From: Eutreptiella sp. 'Long Island Sound 2002'
Taxonomy: Eukaryota > Protista > Euglenida
Direction of reading: 5' to 3'
Length of the DNA stretch: 64,000 nucleotides
Assembly (NCBI GenBank): GCA_964036045.1
Contig: OZ038379.1
Location: forward strand, 5,580,001 to 5,644,000
In this document: positions 1 through 11,966 of the stretch, piece after piece
Layout of the letters: every line of letters begins with the position of its first letter
Position numbering within the stretch: position 1 is the first letter of the stretch
Notes under the pieces: generated by a model
Told to the model about the DNA's origin: nothing
Seen by the model: only the letters and a program-made list of their open reading frames with translations
Database searches by the model: none
Made by a program: the position numbers and the translations under genes

Positions 1-1701
1 CCCTGGGGCAGTGGGCAGTGGAACTCTTGCAATGCACTGCCTCACTGCCTCTGCCTGGGGGCAGCGGATAGTGCAACTCCTGCAATACACTGCCGCACTG
101 CCTGGGGGCAGTGGGCAGTGCAACTCCTGCAATGCACTGCCTCACTGCCTGGGGGCAGTGGGCAGTGCAACTCCAACTCCTGCAATGCACGGCCTCACTG
201 CCTGGGGGCAGTGGGCGGTGCAACTTCCACAATGCACGGCCTCACTGCCTGGGGGCAGTGGGCAGTGCAACTCCTGCAGTGCATTGCCTCACTGCCCTGG
301 GGCAGTGGGCAGTGCAACTCCTGCAATGCACTGCCTCACTGCCCTGGGGGCAGTGGACAGTGCAACTCCTGCATTGCACTGCCTCGCTGCCTGGGGGCAG
401 TGGGCAGTGCAACTCCTGCAATGCACTGCCTCACTGCCTGGGGGCAGTGGGCAGTGCAACTCCAACTCCTGCAATGCACGGCCTCATTGCCTGGGGGCAG
501 TGGGCGGTGCAACTTCCACAATGCACGGCCTCACTGCCTGGGGGCAGTGGGCAGTGCAACTCCTGCAATGCATTGCCTCACTGCCCTGGGGCAGTGGGCA
601 GTGCAACTCCTGCAATGCACTGCCTCACTGCCCTGGGGGCAGTGGACAGTGCAACTCCTGCATTGCACTGCCTCGCTGCCTGGGGGCAGTGGGCCGTGCA
701 AGTCCTGCAATGCACTGCCCCACTGCCTGGGGGCAGTGGGCAGTGCAACTCCTGCAATGCACTGCCTCACTGCCCTGGGGGCAGTGGACAGTGCAACTCC
801 TGCAGTGCACCGCCTCACTGCCCTGGGGCAGTGGGCGGTGCAACTCCTGCAATGCACTGCCGCACTGCCTGGGGGCAGTGGGCAGTGGAACTCCTGCAAT
901 GCACTGCCTCACTGCCTGGGGGCAGTGGGCAGTGCAACTCCTGCAATGCACTGCCTCGCTGCCTGGGGGCAGTGGCACTGCAACTCCTGCAATACACTGC
1001 CGCACTGCCTGGGGGCAATGGGCAGCGCAATTCCTGCAATGCACTGCCGCACTGGCTTGGGGGCAGTGGGCAGTGAAACTCCCGCAATGCCCGGCCTCAC
1101 TGCCTGGGGGCAGTGGGCAGTGCAACTCCTGCAATGCACCGCCTCACTGCCTGGGGGCAGTGGGCAGTGCAACTCCTGCAATGCACTGCCTCACTGCCCT
1201 GGGGGCAGTGGACAGTGCAACTCCTGCAGTGCACCGCCTCACTGCCCTGGGGCAGTGGGCGGTGCAACTCCTGTAATGCACTGCCGCACTGCCTGGGGGC
1301 AGTGGGCAGTGGAACTCCTGCAATGCACTGCCTCACTGCCTGGGGGCAGTGGGCAGTGCAACTCCTGCAATGCACTGCCTCGCTGCCTGGGGGCAGTGGC
1401 AGTGCAACTCCTGCAATACACTGCCGCACTGCCTGGGGGCAGTGGGCAGCGCAATTCCTGCAATGCACTGCCGCACTGGCTTGGGGGCAGTGGGCAGTGA
1501 AACTCCCGCAATGCACTGCCGCACTGCCTGGGGGCAGTGAGCAGTGCAACTCCTGCATTACTCTGCCCCACTGCCTGGGGGCACTGGACAGTGCAACTCC
1601 TGCAATGCACTGCCTCACTGCCTGGGGGCAGTGGGCAGCGGAACTCCTGCAATGCACTGCCTCACTGCCTGGGGGCAGTGGGCAGTGGAACTCCTGCAAT
1701 G
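1..1701 (+). repeat. 47-bp hairpin satellite (gggcagtgggcagtgcaactcctgcaatgcactgcctcactgcctgg)n, with higher-order blocks
   Basis: Period 47 (gcctcactgc at 1141 and 1188). Variant blocks recur at 289 bp (162/451) and 424 bp (1073/1497). The Cys/Ala/Gln-rich ORFs here are repeat translations. Confidence 0.95.
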
Positions 1702-2800
1702 AGTACTCCCCAGCTCTACCCACGGGCTGGGTGCCGGGTGCGAAGCCCCGGACGACAGGGCCCGGGCACTGCCAGCAAGCAGTGTACTAACAGTGTCGGG
1801 TGCGTGCACGTCCCAGTGCCAAGCACCATCCCTAGGGACCCCGCGGCCCCTAGTACCGGCCGCCTGGGCCCTGGGAACGGTCAGCGACCCCTAGCAGGGA
1901 CGGCTGGCCAGGCCTCCCCCTCCTCTCCCCCCAACGCACCCGCCCACACACGGGGCCCTCACCAGAGCCCAGCGATGCGCCCCCCCCAGCGCCCCTGCCT
2001 CTGCCCCCCCCCGACGCCGCTCCCGCTCCGCGGAACGGCGGGACCGGGACGGGTGTGCCGGGTGTGTGCGTGGGAGAGGGAGGGGTGAGAGACTGGGGCC
2101 CCAGTGGGACGGCCTGCGCCGAGGCCTGAAAGGCCCGTGGCCCGGACATGCGCGGGGGGCCTCAACAACGACCCCCCGCCCTGCAATCTGTGAAAGAATA
2201 TGTGGAGGGATATGTGGAAGAAATAGTCCCTGTCCCCGTCCGGCTGGACGCCCCGGTATCGGTATCCAACATCCTTTAGGTACGGTATAAGGCCCCCCGG
2301 CCACCACCCCGGCGCCAACACCAGGGAGGGCATCCGGGAGGGGTAACAGCCCCCGATCCCCCAAAGGCAGCCCCAAAGGTGAGCGCACCACTGGAAGGGG
2401 CATGTCTGCGGGGTAACCAATTGCGCTGAGTAACTACCTAATGTAATAAATAGTGCCTACTTCCATAAGTAATGCTTAACCGGGTAAAACGGCCCTCCCC
2501 CGGTGCCGGTTTAGTGCGCAGCCCCCAGAGCCGGACCCGACCGGCCGTACTGAGGCGAGCCCAGAAATGGGTATGGCAGGCCAGACTTTAAGTGCTGGTA
2601 GCCACGCCTCAGTACACTCCGTGGGCTCATAAGGCCCACGGGGGCCCCAAACACCGTTACGTTCGGGAGTTAAGCCCCGGCGGTGTTTGGGGTTGTTCCT
2701 GGTTAAGAGGACTCACGTTGAGTCCCAGATACTGTTACCCCGGGGTTATGACCCCCGGTACTGCCTGCTTACTTGCCTGCTGCTGCTAAGAGGTAGGAGG
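1702..2800. other. Non-repetitive, hairpin-dense segment (candidate structured RNA or internal part of a mobile element)
   Basis: Perfect stems seen: 2547-2556/2606-2615 (10 bp), 2559-2572 with GAAA loop, 2619-2626/2634-2641, 2645-2656/2681-2692 (12 bp), 2709-2725, 2151-2179. Long-range pairing of 1917-1939 with 2066-2085. Confidence 0.5.
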
Positions 2801-2817
2801 GAGTACCCACGGGTCCT

Positions 2818-5040
2818 GCCGGAGGCTCCGAACACCCCCTGGGCTGGGCTCCCCGTCCCCCCCAAGCCGGTGCGCCCGGTTCTCCGAAGATACTGGCCCC
2901 CCACTGGCCTGGCAGAAGGCTCCGAACACCCCCTGGGCTGGGCTCCCCTTCCCCCCCAGGCCGGTGCGCCCGGTTCTCCGAAGATACTGGCCCCCCACTG
3001 GCCTGGCAGAAGGCTCCGAACACCCCCTGGGCTGGGCTCCCCGTCCCCCCCAGGCCGGTGCGCCCGGTTCTCCGAAGATACTAGCCCCCCACTGGCCTGG
3101 CAGAAGGCTCCGTACACCCCCTGGGCAGGACTCCCCGTCCCCCCCAGGCCGGTGCGCCCGGTTCTCTGAAGAAGATGGCCCCCCATTGGCCTGGCAGGAG
3201 ACTCCGAACACCCCCTGGGCAGGACTCCCCGTCCCCCCCGGGCCGGTGCGCCCGGTTCTCTGAAGAAGATGGCCCCCCACTGGCCTTGCAGGAGACTCCG
3301 AACACCCCCTGGGCAGGACTCCCCGTCCCCCCCAGGCCGGTGCGCCCGGTTCTCTGAAGAAGATGGCCCCCCATTTGCCTGGCAGGAGACTCCGAACACC
3401 CCCTGGGCAGGATTCCCCGTCCCCCCCGGGCCGGTGCGCCCGGTTCTCTGAAGAAGATGGCCCCCCACTGGCCTGGCAGGAGGCTCCGAACGCCCCCTGG
3501 GGAGGACTCCCCGTCCCCCCCGGGCCGGCGCGCCCGGTTCTCTGAAGAAGATGGCCCCCCACTGGCCTTGATGGAGACTCCGAACACCCCCTAGGCAGGA
3601 CTCCCCGTCCCCCCCGGGCCGGTGCGCCCGGTTCTCTGAAGAAGATGGCCCCCCATTTGCCTGGCAGGAGACTCCGAACACCCCCTGGGCAGGACTCCCC
3701 GTCCCCCCCAGGCCGGTGCGCCCGGTTCTCTGAAGAAGATGGCCCCCCATTGGCCTGGCAGGAGACTCCGAACACCCCCTGGGCAGGACTCCCCGTCCCC
3801 CCCAGGCCGGTGCGCCCGGTTCTCTGAAGAAGATGGCCCCCCATTGGCCTGGCAGGAGACTCCGAACACCCCCTGGGCAGGACTCCCCGTCCCCCCCGGG
3901 CCGGTGCGCCCGGTTCTCTGAAGAAGATGGCCCCCCACTGGCCTTGCAGGAGACTCCGAACACCCCCTGGGCAGGACTCCCCGTCCCCCCCAGGCCGGTG
4001 CGCCCGGTTCTCTGAAGAAGATGGCCCCCCATTTGCCTGGCAGGAGACTCCGAACACCCCCTGGGCAGGATTCCCCGTCCCCCCCGGGCCGGTGCGCCCG
4101 GTTCTCTGAAGAAGATGGCCCCCCTTTGGCCTGGCAGGAGGCTCCGAACGCCCCCTGGGGAGGACTCCCCGTCCCCCCCGGGCCGGCGCGCCCGGTTCTC
4201 TGAAGAAGATGGCCCCCCACTGGCCTTGATGGAGACTCCGAACACCCCCTGGGCAGGACTCCCCGTCCCCCCCGGGCCGGTGCGCCCGGTTCTCTGAAGA
4301 AGATGGGCCCCCTTTGGCCTGGCAGGAGGCTCCGTACACCCCCTGGGCAGGACTCCCCGTCCCCCCCAGGCCGGTGCGCCCGGTTCTCTGAAGAAGATGG
4401 CCCCCCATTGGCCTGGCAGGAGACTCCGAACGCCCCTTGGGCAGGACTCCCCGTCCCCCCCGGGCCGGTGCGCCCGGTTCTCTGAAGAAGATGGCCCCCC
4501 GTAGGTCTGGCAGGAGGCTCCGAACACCCCTTGGGCTGGACTCCCCGACCCCCCCAGGCCGGTGCGCCCGGTTCTCCGAAGATAATGACCCCTCATTGGC
4601 CTGGCACGGGGCTCCGAACACCCCCTGGGCTGGACTCCCCGTCCCCCCCAGGCCGGTGCGCCCGGTTCTCTGAAGAAGATGGCCCCCCATAGGCCTTGCA
4701 GGAGGCTTCGACCACCCCCTGGGCTGGACTCCCCGTCCCCCCCGGGCCGGTGCGCCCGGTTATTGGAAGATGATGGCTCCCCATGGGCCTTGCAAGAGGT
4801 TCCGACCACCCCCTGGGCTGGGCTCCCCGTCCCCCCCAGGCCGGTGCGCCCGGTTATTAGCAGATGACGCCTCCCCATGGGCCCTGCAGGAGGCTCCGAA
4901 CACCCCCTGGCCTGGACTCCCCGTCCCCCCCAGGCCGGTGCGCCCGGTTCTCCGAAAATTATGGCCCCCCATAGGCCCTGAAGGATGCCCCGACCACCCC
5001 CTGGGTTGGACTCCCCATCCCCCCAGGCCGGTGCGCCCAG
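2818..5040 (+). repeat. 94-bp tandem repeat, about 23-24 units, with a 658-bp (7-unit) higher-order duplication
   Basis: Unit ggcaggagactccgaacaccccctgggcaggactccccgtcccccccaggccggtgcgcccggttctctgaagaagatggccccccattggcct. Identical 60-aa ORF variants recur at 3175/3833, 3269/3927 and 3363/4021. Confidence 0.95.
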
Positions 5041-5080
5041 TAGTACATCCCCACAGGCCCGGCACTACACTCCGACCACC

Positions 5081-5356
5081 CATTGCAGGAGTTGCACTGC
5101 CCACTGCCCCCAGGCAGTGAGGCAGTGCATTGCAGGAGTTGCACTGCCCACTGCTCCCAGGCAGTGAGGCAGTGCGTTGCAGGAGTTCCGCTGCCCACTG
5201 CCCCAGGGCAGTGAGGCAGTGCATTGCAGGAGTTGCGCTGCCCACTGCCCCCAGGCAGTGCGGCAGTGTATTGCAGAAGTTGCACTGCCCAATGCCCCCA
5301 GGCAGTGGGGCAGTGCATTGCAGGAGTTGCACTGTCCACTGCCCCCAGGCAGTGAG
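5081..5356 (-). repeat. 47-bp satellite, inverted copy
   Basis: Reverse complement of the 1-1701 unit (cattgcaggagttgcactgcccactgcccccaggcagtgag). Confidence 0.95.
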
Positions 5357-5401
5357 GTGTGGTGTGGTGTGGTGTGGTGTGGTGTGGTGTGGTGTGGTGT
5401 G
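5356..5401. repeat. (GTGTG)n pentanucleotide microsatellite
   Basis: Direct reading. Confidence 0.95.
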
Positions 5402-5696
5402 CCGAAGGCGCTGTTACCAGAAGGCAATGGCCGGGATGTCTACCCACGGGTATAGGTAAACGGGAGGGCTGCGTGTCTTAGTGCGCGCTGTGTGCTAGTG
5501 TGTTGTTGTACAGCCGGGACCAGTGCACAGCCGCACTTGGCCGGTGCTGCTCTGCTGACGCCTGTGCACGGTCACTCCAGTGGGCCCACTGCACCGTGTG
5601 TGCTGTGCTGCACCATTAGTATTTTGTGTGCGGTGCCGCACTACTTGGTGCTGTGCACCGCACCGCACTGTGTGTGCCCCGCTGCACTGCACTTGT

Positions 5697-6050
5697 GGGC
5701 AGTGGGCAGTGGGCAGGAACTTTTGCTATACACACTGCCTGGGGGCACTGGGCAGTGCAACTCCTGCAATGCACTGCCTCACTGCCTGTGGGCAGTGGGC
5801 AGTGGAACTCCTGCAATGCACTGCCTCGCTGCATGGGGGCAGTGGGCATTGGAACTCCTGCAATGCACCGCCACACTGCCTGGGGGCAGTGGGCAGTGGA
5901 ACTCCTGCAATGCACTGCCTCGCTGCCTGGGGGCAGTGGGCAGTGGAACTCCTGCAATGCACTGCCTCACTGCCTGTGGGCAGCGGGCAGTGCAACTCCT
6001 GCAATGCACTGCCTCACTGCCTTGGGGGCAGTGGGCAGTGCAACTCCTGC
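5697..6050 (+). repeat. 47-bp satellite, forward copy
   Basis: Same unit as 1-1701. Confidence 0.9.
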
Positions 6051-6064
6051 TGGTGGTGGTGGTG

Positions 6065-6207
6065 GTGTGGTTTGGTGTGGTGTGGTGTGGTGTGGTGTGG
6101 TGTGGTGTGGTGTGGTGTGGTGTGGTGTGGTGTGGTGTGGTGTGGTGTGGTGTGGTGTGGTGTGGTGTGGTGTGGTGTGGTGTGGTGTGGTGTGGTGTGG
6201 TGTGGTG
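6065..6207. repeat. (GTGTG)n pentanucleotide microsatellite
   Basis: Direct reading. Confidence 0.95.
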
Positions 6208-6298
6208 CGTTGCTGTGCTGCTGTGCTGTGTTGTGCTGTGTTGTGTTGTGTTAGGTTTGGCGAGTGTGTTGGTATTGTCTGCTGTGGACTATCTGCAG

Positions 6299-6478
6299 GA
6301 GGTGCTGCCCACCAAAAAAGTGCCACCACCCGATGCGACCAGCGCGGACCCTCTGCAGCGCTCCAACAGCATGACCCTGAGCATCGACTCTGGGCCCTCT
6401 GTCCCTGTCGCGCTCGACTCACCCCACTCCGATAATGGAGCGAGCTCACTTCCTGGTGACATAAGCCCGACAGTGCCG
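6299..6478 (+). CDS. Internal exon of an uncharacterised Ser/Pro/Arg-rich protein (gene 1)
   Basis: ctgcag|GAG acceptor and CCG|gtattc donor; 180 nt, phase 0/0; EVLPTKKVPPP...DISPTVP. Confidence 0.55.
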
Positions 6479-8520
6479 GTATTCTGGCCTTCTGTGCCTC
6501 CCTCAGACTGCCTATGCCATCCCTGTGTGTGTGCCTAGGCACGGCGGATTACCACTTGCAGGGCCAGCGGGGATTGTTGGCGGGGCCATCCGGAGAATCT
6601 TTCTGACCTATGTGAGCATAAGTTCAACACCGAGCTGATTGATTCCCCTTTGAAACCCAAGCATTGTCATGTGTCTCGATGCGAGCACATGGTGCCAAAA
6701 CGGCCAGTTTAGGGTCCATGGGCCTACAAAGAGGCCCTGCTGGGTTCTACATGGCTCCCCGTGGGTTGATATGTGCTTCCATTGTCACCAAATGATGACC
6801 CAAGCCTCGCCCAAGGGTCCCAGGGGGTCATTAGGGATCGTCAGAAAAGGTCAACTTTTCAACCAACCCATGCAGGCAATTGTTAGTGAAAACTGTGATT
6901 TCACGCCACTCAAATAGGCCATTACCAGCCCTACGCAGGGCGGGGCTAAAGACTGCAAAACATGTCTGTTCGCATCCTGTGACTACTTCCCCAAACCCAC
7001 CCTTCAGATCCTTCCTCCGAGGGCCTCATGCTGGGGCGGATACCCGAAGATAGACCCTTGGTGCCCCACAATGCTTAGGGCGTGCATATAGAAGAAAAGC
7101 GTGGAATGGGACGCAGGTCTGGGTCCATGCCCAGTGGCCATAGGAGGCCAACCAAGTTCTGCCCACCACAGTGCAAATAACCCCCAAAGGGAGCTTTAGG
7201 GGCCAATGCGCACCACTAGGAGGGCCTAATTGGTGCCACATGGCACCCCATAGTGTACATGTACTTCCACGTTGTTACCCAATGATGCCCAATCCTGGGC
7301 TAAGGCCACCCAGGAGTCATCGGAAGTCACCCAAAAATTGTGATTTTTCAGTCACCTCATGCCAGCCTAAAAATGGCTCAGTCCTCACCACTGGGTGGAT
7401 CCGGGGGGAACCAGGAGATAGAGCCCGGGACCCATTGCTTAGGGGGTGCATATAGAATAGAAAAGTGGAATTCTACCCGGGTTTGAATCCATGCGTAGTG
7501 GCCGCAGTAGGCCAACCAAGGTTTGCCCACCTTAGTGCAAATAATCGCAAAATGCCATTTAATGGGTCAATGGGCTCATATAAGGACCCAATTGGTGCTG
7601 TACGGCTCCCCGTAGGTGTACATGTACTTACATTGTCACCAAAAGATGACCCAAATCTGGGCCCAAGTATTCAGGGATCGTTGAGAAGGTCCATTTTTCA
7701 AGCCCATGAAGGCCACTTCCAGTAGAAACAGTGATTTCATGGCTTTTACGCGGGCCATGACTCGCCCTAGATGGAGCGGGAGCCTGCAATGCAAGTCTGT
7801 TTGCATCCTACCATCAGTATATTCTCACTATTTCCCCAATGTCCAGGCCTCTACAGGGTCACTGATGCCGCCAAAAACGCTGTCACAACACTAATGGTTG
7901 AAAACTGCACAAATTGCATGGCAGCTCATCCCATTCCACCTCACCAAGTCCCATGGAGTTGGGATCCAAAGATGCTTTTCGGCTCAAAATCGAAGAAATG
8001 CAAAAGATTCGTGATTTTTGACCCAGAAGAAGGGGTTTCGTGTTTTTGACATGCTTTGACCTCTCTCCCAACCTAAAACGTGGATTCCAGGTGGAGGAGT
8101 GACCCAACCAAAGATTCATTAGTGGATTCTTTATTGGACAAGTTACGGGTTTTACAAGGGGTTAAACCACCAATTTCACCCCTTGGAGTATAGTATGCGA
8201 ATGAGCACCAAAAAGGAGGGTATGCGCGGGGGGAAAAAAAGCACCTTCAGTACCCACTACTAATGAGGCTCTTCTTGTGGTAGTGCTGGGGGAGGTTTAG
8301 AGTGGCAACCACCACTGCAGGGCGCTCCTTAGCTGCCCCCGGCCCCTGCCCCACTTCTCCCCCTCACCCCCCTCGGTTTTGAGAGATAGTTGGGGAGGCC
8401 GTTTCAAGTGCCCCTCTGGGGTGCCGTGCCCATTTCTGCTTCAGAAGGCCACACAACAATTTGCGGGGTGTGTGTGGTATTGGGGCACATTTCCGTGATG
8501 CCCATGTGTTGCCTCCTCAG

Positions 8521-8694
8521 GAGATCTGCCTGGAGATTCCCATAGAAATCATAGGGGCAAAGACAGATTTCCGTGCCTCACCTGCGCCGCCTGCGGCGCC
8601 CAAAGTGACCAAGCGCAAGGTCCGCACGCAGTCGCTGCAGTTGGCAAAGGACAAGAGCCGGCGGATGCAGCGGGCGCAGCGCTCGCCCGCAAAT
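8521..8694 (+). CDS. Internal exon of gene 1
   Basis: cctcag|GAG acceptor and AAT|gtacgt donor; 174 nt, phase 0/0, in frame with the previous exon; EICLEIPIEIIG...QRSPAN. Confidence 0.6.
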
Positions 8695-9499
8695 GTACGT
8701 GTGCTGGACCATTTGATGGAGCAGATCAGCCTTGGGGGGCGGACTGGGCACACTCCTATTCACTTGTTTAATGTATGTCTTGGAGGGCAGGGAAGGAGAA
8801 ATGCGATTGTGAAGGAGTTACAGGAGGGAAGGGGAGGGAGGGGAGGGAAGGAGTTGGAGTTGGAGCAGATCATGGCATACGGTGCGCAAACTGCCTGCCC
8901 AGGGAACGTTTGTGCGACTGTTGTTTGGACCTGATACTGCACGATTGCCTCTAGGTCCTTTGCTGCTTGCTTGCCTCCTGCATCATTTCACCATCACACT
9001 CTGGTCAACTCCCACGACACTCCTCTCACCATACTGTTTTTTTTTTGTGCACTGAACGGCGCTGCATCTGGCTGGCCAGGCCATGTTGCTGTGTTTTGTT
9101 TGCTGCGCTTTACTTGTGCAGTCTCTCTCACCACATCCCTTTCCGGTTGCCCTTAAACGGCGTTTCCTAGGGCTGCCTTCCTGGATGCCACCCCTGGTCA
9201 TGCCACGGCACAGGCTTGCCCTTACCATACAGCTTGTCTGAGCTCTTTGCTGGACCTTTGCAACCTGTAGAGGGTCATACAAAGGCAGATAGATACACAG
9301 CTAATTGCTGGGAGAGGGTTATGGGAACTGAGGCATGCCACTCCATATACTGCTGCTGTGACATATGTGCTGCACCACAGGTCCCACATTGCCTGTGTTG
9401 TGCTGCTGCCTTGGATGGAAACCCACCTCCACCATACCATGGCTTGTGCTGTTTGTGGCCAGTGCCCAACCACTGCCAGCAACACTTGAGCCTTTACGC

Positions 9500-9875
9500 A
9501 GTCAACTGTGGGTCTGGCCACTTGCCTCACACGTTCTTGGCTGCCACCGTTGAGTTCCTAGCTCATACTTTGTGTGATTGTCCCTCACACCCATAGGTAT
9601 CATTCACCAAAATTTGGCCAAATCCGAAGCACCACGATGGAGTTGTGATTTTTGCCCATTTCGCGCGTGCTTGCTCGCTGCTGCTGCTGCTGCTGCTGCT
9701 GCTTGCTGCTTGCTGCCGCTGCCGCTGCTTGCTTGCTTGCAGGTCCACCCTAGACACTAAAAAGGGTTATAAAACCAAGATTGGGTCCACTAGCTCAGTG
9801 ACCCTAGCCCTAGCCCCAACCCCAGCCCTAGCTCTAACCCTAGGCTAGGGTCAGAGTTAGTATTGGGACCAAAAA
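9500..9875 (-). mobile_element. Partial inverted copy of the TTAGGG-bounded ~1.15-1.4-kb element, including a telomere-like tract
   Basis: Reverse complement of the element's left end (ggtccaccctagacactaaaaagggttataaaaccaag). CCCTAG/CCCTAA-like repeats at 9802-9860. Confidence 0.75.
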
Positions 9876-9978
9876 TGGAGAGCAATGATATGGCAAAGCA
9901 ACCATGAACGCAATTTGGGGGATCTTGTTCAGCGTAATCAACATGGCTGGCATGGAACAAACCAGCTCGCTGCAAAGG

Positions 9979-11367
9979 TTAGGGTTAGGTCACCGAGTTG
10001 GTGGAACCAGTCTTGGTTTTATAACCCTCTTTAGTGTCTAGGGTGGACCTAACAGGTTTGGCAAGCAAGCAAGCAGCAAGCAAGCATGCGCGAAATGGGG
10101 GAAAAAATCACAGCTCCGTCGTGGTGCTTTGGATTTGGCCAAAATTTTGGTGGATGCTACCTATGGGTGTGAGGGACAACCACACAAAGTATGAGCCAGA
10201 AACTCAACGGTGGCGGCCGGGAACGGGTGTCACAAGTGCCGGACCTCCATTTCAAAATCTGCAATTTAGGGCCAAAATCAGCCCTTTTTTGCTCAAAACC
10301 GCCACAGAACCTGTTGAAAACGGCCAAATGAAGGGAAATAGTGGCTACTCTACACATGCAGCTAGACTTCCCCGTGCCGAAGGGCCCTCTAGGGCCCTCT
10401 AACTCCACAATATGTCCGCGAACCGCCCCCAAAAGGCCCCCGAATCCCTAGACTTTGTCCACACTGGCCGCCGACAGCCCCAAACGAAAACCAGACCATA
10501 TCTTGGGCTACATGGCTCAAGACGCAATTCCAAGCGCACCTAATCCACCCGCAACCACACTTTTGGTGGTTTCCAGCCCTCAAAATTGCCCTAACCAACG
10601 CCTAGACTCCCGATCTTAGGCCCAGTGGGCTTCGGCAAGCTGCAAGAGGTAGCCCAAAGAGGTGGGTGGCAAAATGGGTCAACAAGGTCCACCGGGTGCA
10701 AAAAAATCCCTATTCTCAAAAATGATCTTGGACCACATGGAATGCCAAAACAAGTGTTTTTGATGTGTTTTGAGCTCGTGGTGGCCCGTTATGGCTCTCC
10801 TAAAAGCCCAAAATGCCTTGAAAATGGGCTGTTTTGCGACCAAAATTGGGTCAAAAATGGGTCAAAAATGTGTTTTTCCAAAAATGAACCGCGACCATTT
10901 GGGGTGCACAAACAAGTGAAATGAGCCCTTTTTGAGCCCATTGCAAGCCATTTTGGCCCCTCCAAAGTCACAAAATGCTTTGAAAATGGGTTGTTTTGCG
11001 GCCAAAAAAATGGGTCAAAAATGGATCAAAAAGTGTTTTTCCAAAGATACCTTTGAACTATTTGGGGTGCACAAACAAGTGAAATGAGCCCATTTCGAGC
11101 AATTTTGGCCCCTCTCAAGGCTGAAAGGGCCTTGAAAATGGGCCAATTTGGGACCACAAATGGCTCAAAAACGAGTCAAAACCATGGTTTTCCAAAAATG
11201 ATCCCAGTCCAGTTGTGGTGCCCAAACGGATGAATACAGCTCATTTTGAGCCCCTTTTGAGCCGCTCTCATCCACTTTCAAGTGCGTACCTCATTTGTTT
11301 TTGAAATCTCCTAGACGATGTTCCTTCCCCCACCAGCTCGGTCCCAATATTCAATCCTGGTTTAGGG
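9979..11367 (+). mobile_element. Non-coding repeat element bounded by TTAGGG, with 13-bp subterminal inverted repeats
   Basis: TTAGGGTTAGG at 9979; accgagttggtgg 9992-10004; ccaccagctcggt 11330-11342; TTAGGG 11362-11367. Homologous to the 1148-bp tandem unit. Confidence 0.75.
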
Positions 11368-11766
11368 TGATGGTATGGTTACAGGGAGGGCAAGGGGAGC
11401 TAACAGGAGCCTGTGATTGACCAACGCTTGGCCTTGGGGCATGCCCCCCCCCCGCCCCAAGCTGCCCCCCCCGGACCCCCCCCCCCCCAACTGACCTTCC
11501 CGGACCCCCCCCCCCCCATCGCCTCCCCCCCCCCCTTGGGGGACTCCAGCCAACAGTGAGTGGGGAGGGTAGTTTGTGTCCAAGCTAGTGCAGCCGCAGC
11601 ATGCCGCAGCATGCCGCAGCGCCTGTTTTTTGGAGCTGCACTAGGGGGTTTTGAAGCATGCCGCAGCATGCCGCAGCATGCCGCAGCGAGCCAAAATTTT
11701 CACGTGGCGGACTTTTTTTTTCATACCACGTCGAAACTATGAACCCTTTGTTGCACAGATGTCTCA

Positions 11767-11966
11767 NNNNNNNNNNNNNNNNNNNNNNNNNNNNNNNNNN
11801 NNNNNNNNNNNNNNNNNNNNNNNNNNNNNNNNNNNNNNNNNNNNNNNNNNNNNNNNNNNNNNNNNNNNNNNNNNNNNNNNNNNNNNNNNNNNNNNNNNNN
11901 NNNNNNNNNNNNNNNNNNNNNNNNNNNNNNNNNNNNNNNNNNNNNNNNNNNNNNNNNNNNNNNNNN
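11767..11966. other. Assembly gap (200 N)
   Basis: Direct reading. Confidence 1.

Noticed and set aside
2818-5040. CRISPR-like array
   Set aside because: No unique spacers, no cas genes, and eukaryotic context.
2818-5040. Hammerhead ribozyme in the 94-mer (CTGAAGA); also CTGAGGA on the minus strand of the 75-mer at 55668-55835
   Set aside because: No stem II followed by GAAA in the required position.
1-5040. 47-bp and 94-bp (2x47) periods side by side
   Set aside because: The units share no recognisable sequence similarity, so this is treated as coincidence.
11-6538. Long Cys/Gly/Pro-rich ORFs (e.g. 11..1276, 2746..4878, 5492..6538)
   Set aside because: They are translations of the 47-bp, 94-bp and GTGTG repeats, open in several frames on both strands.
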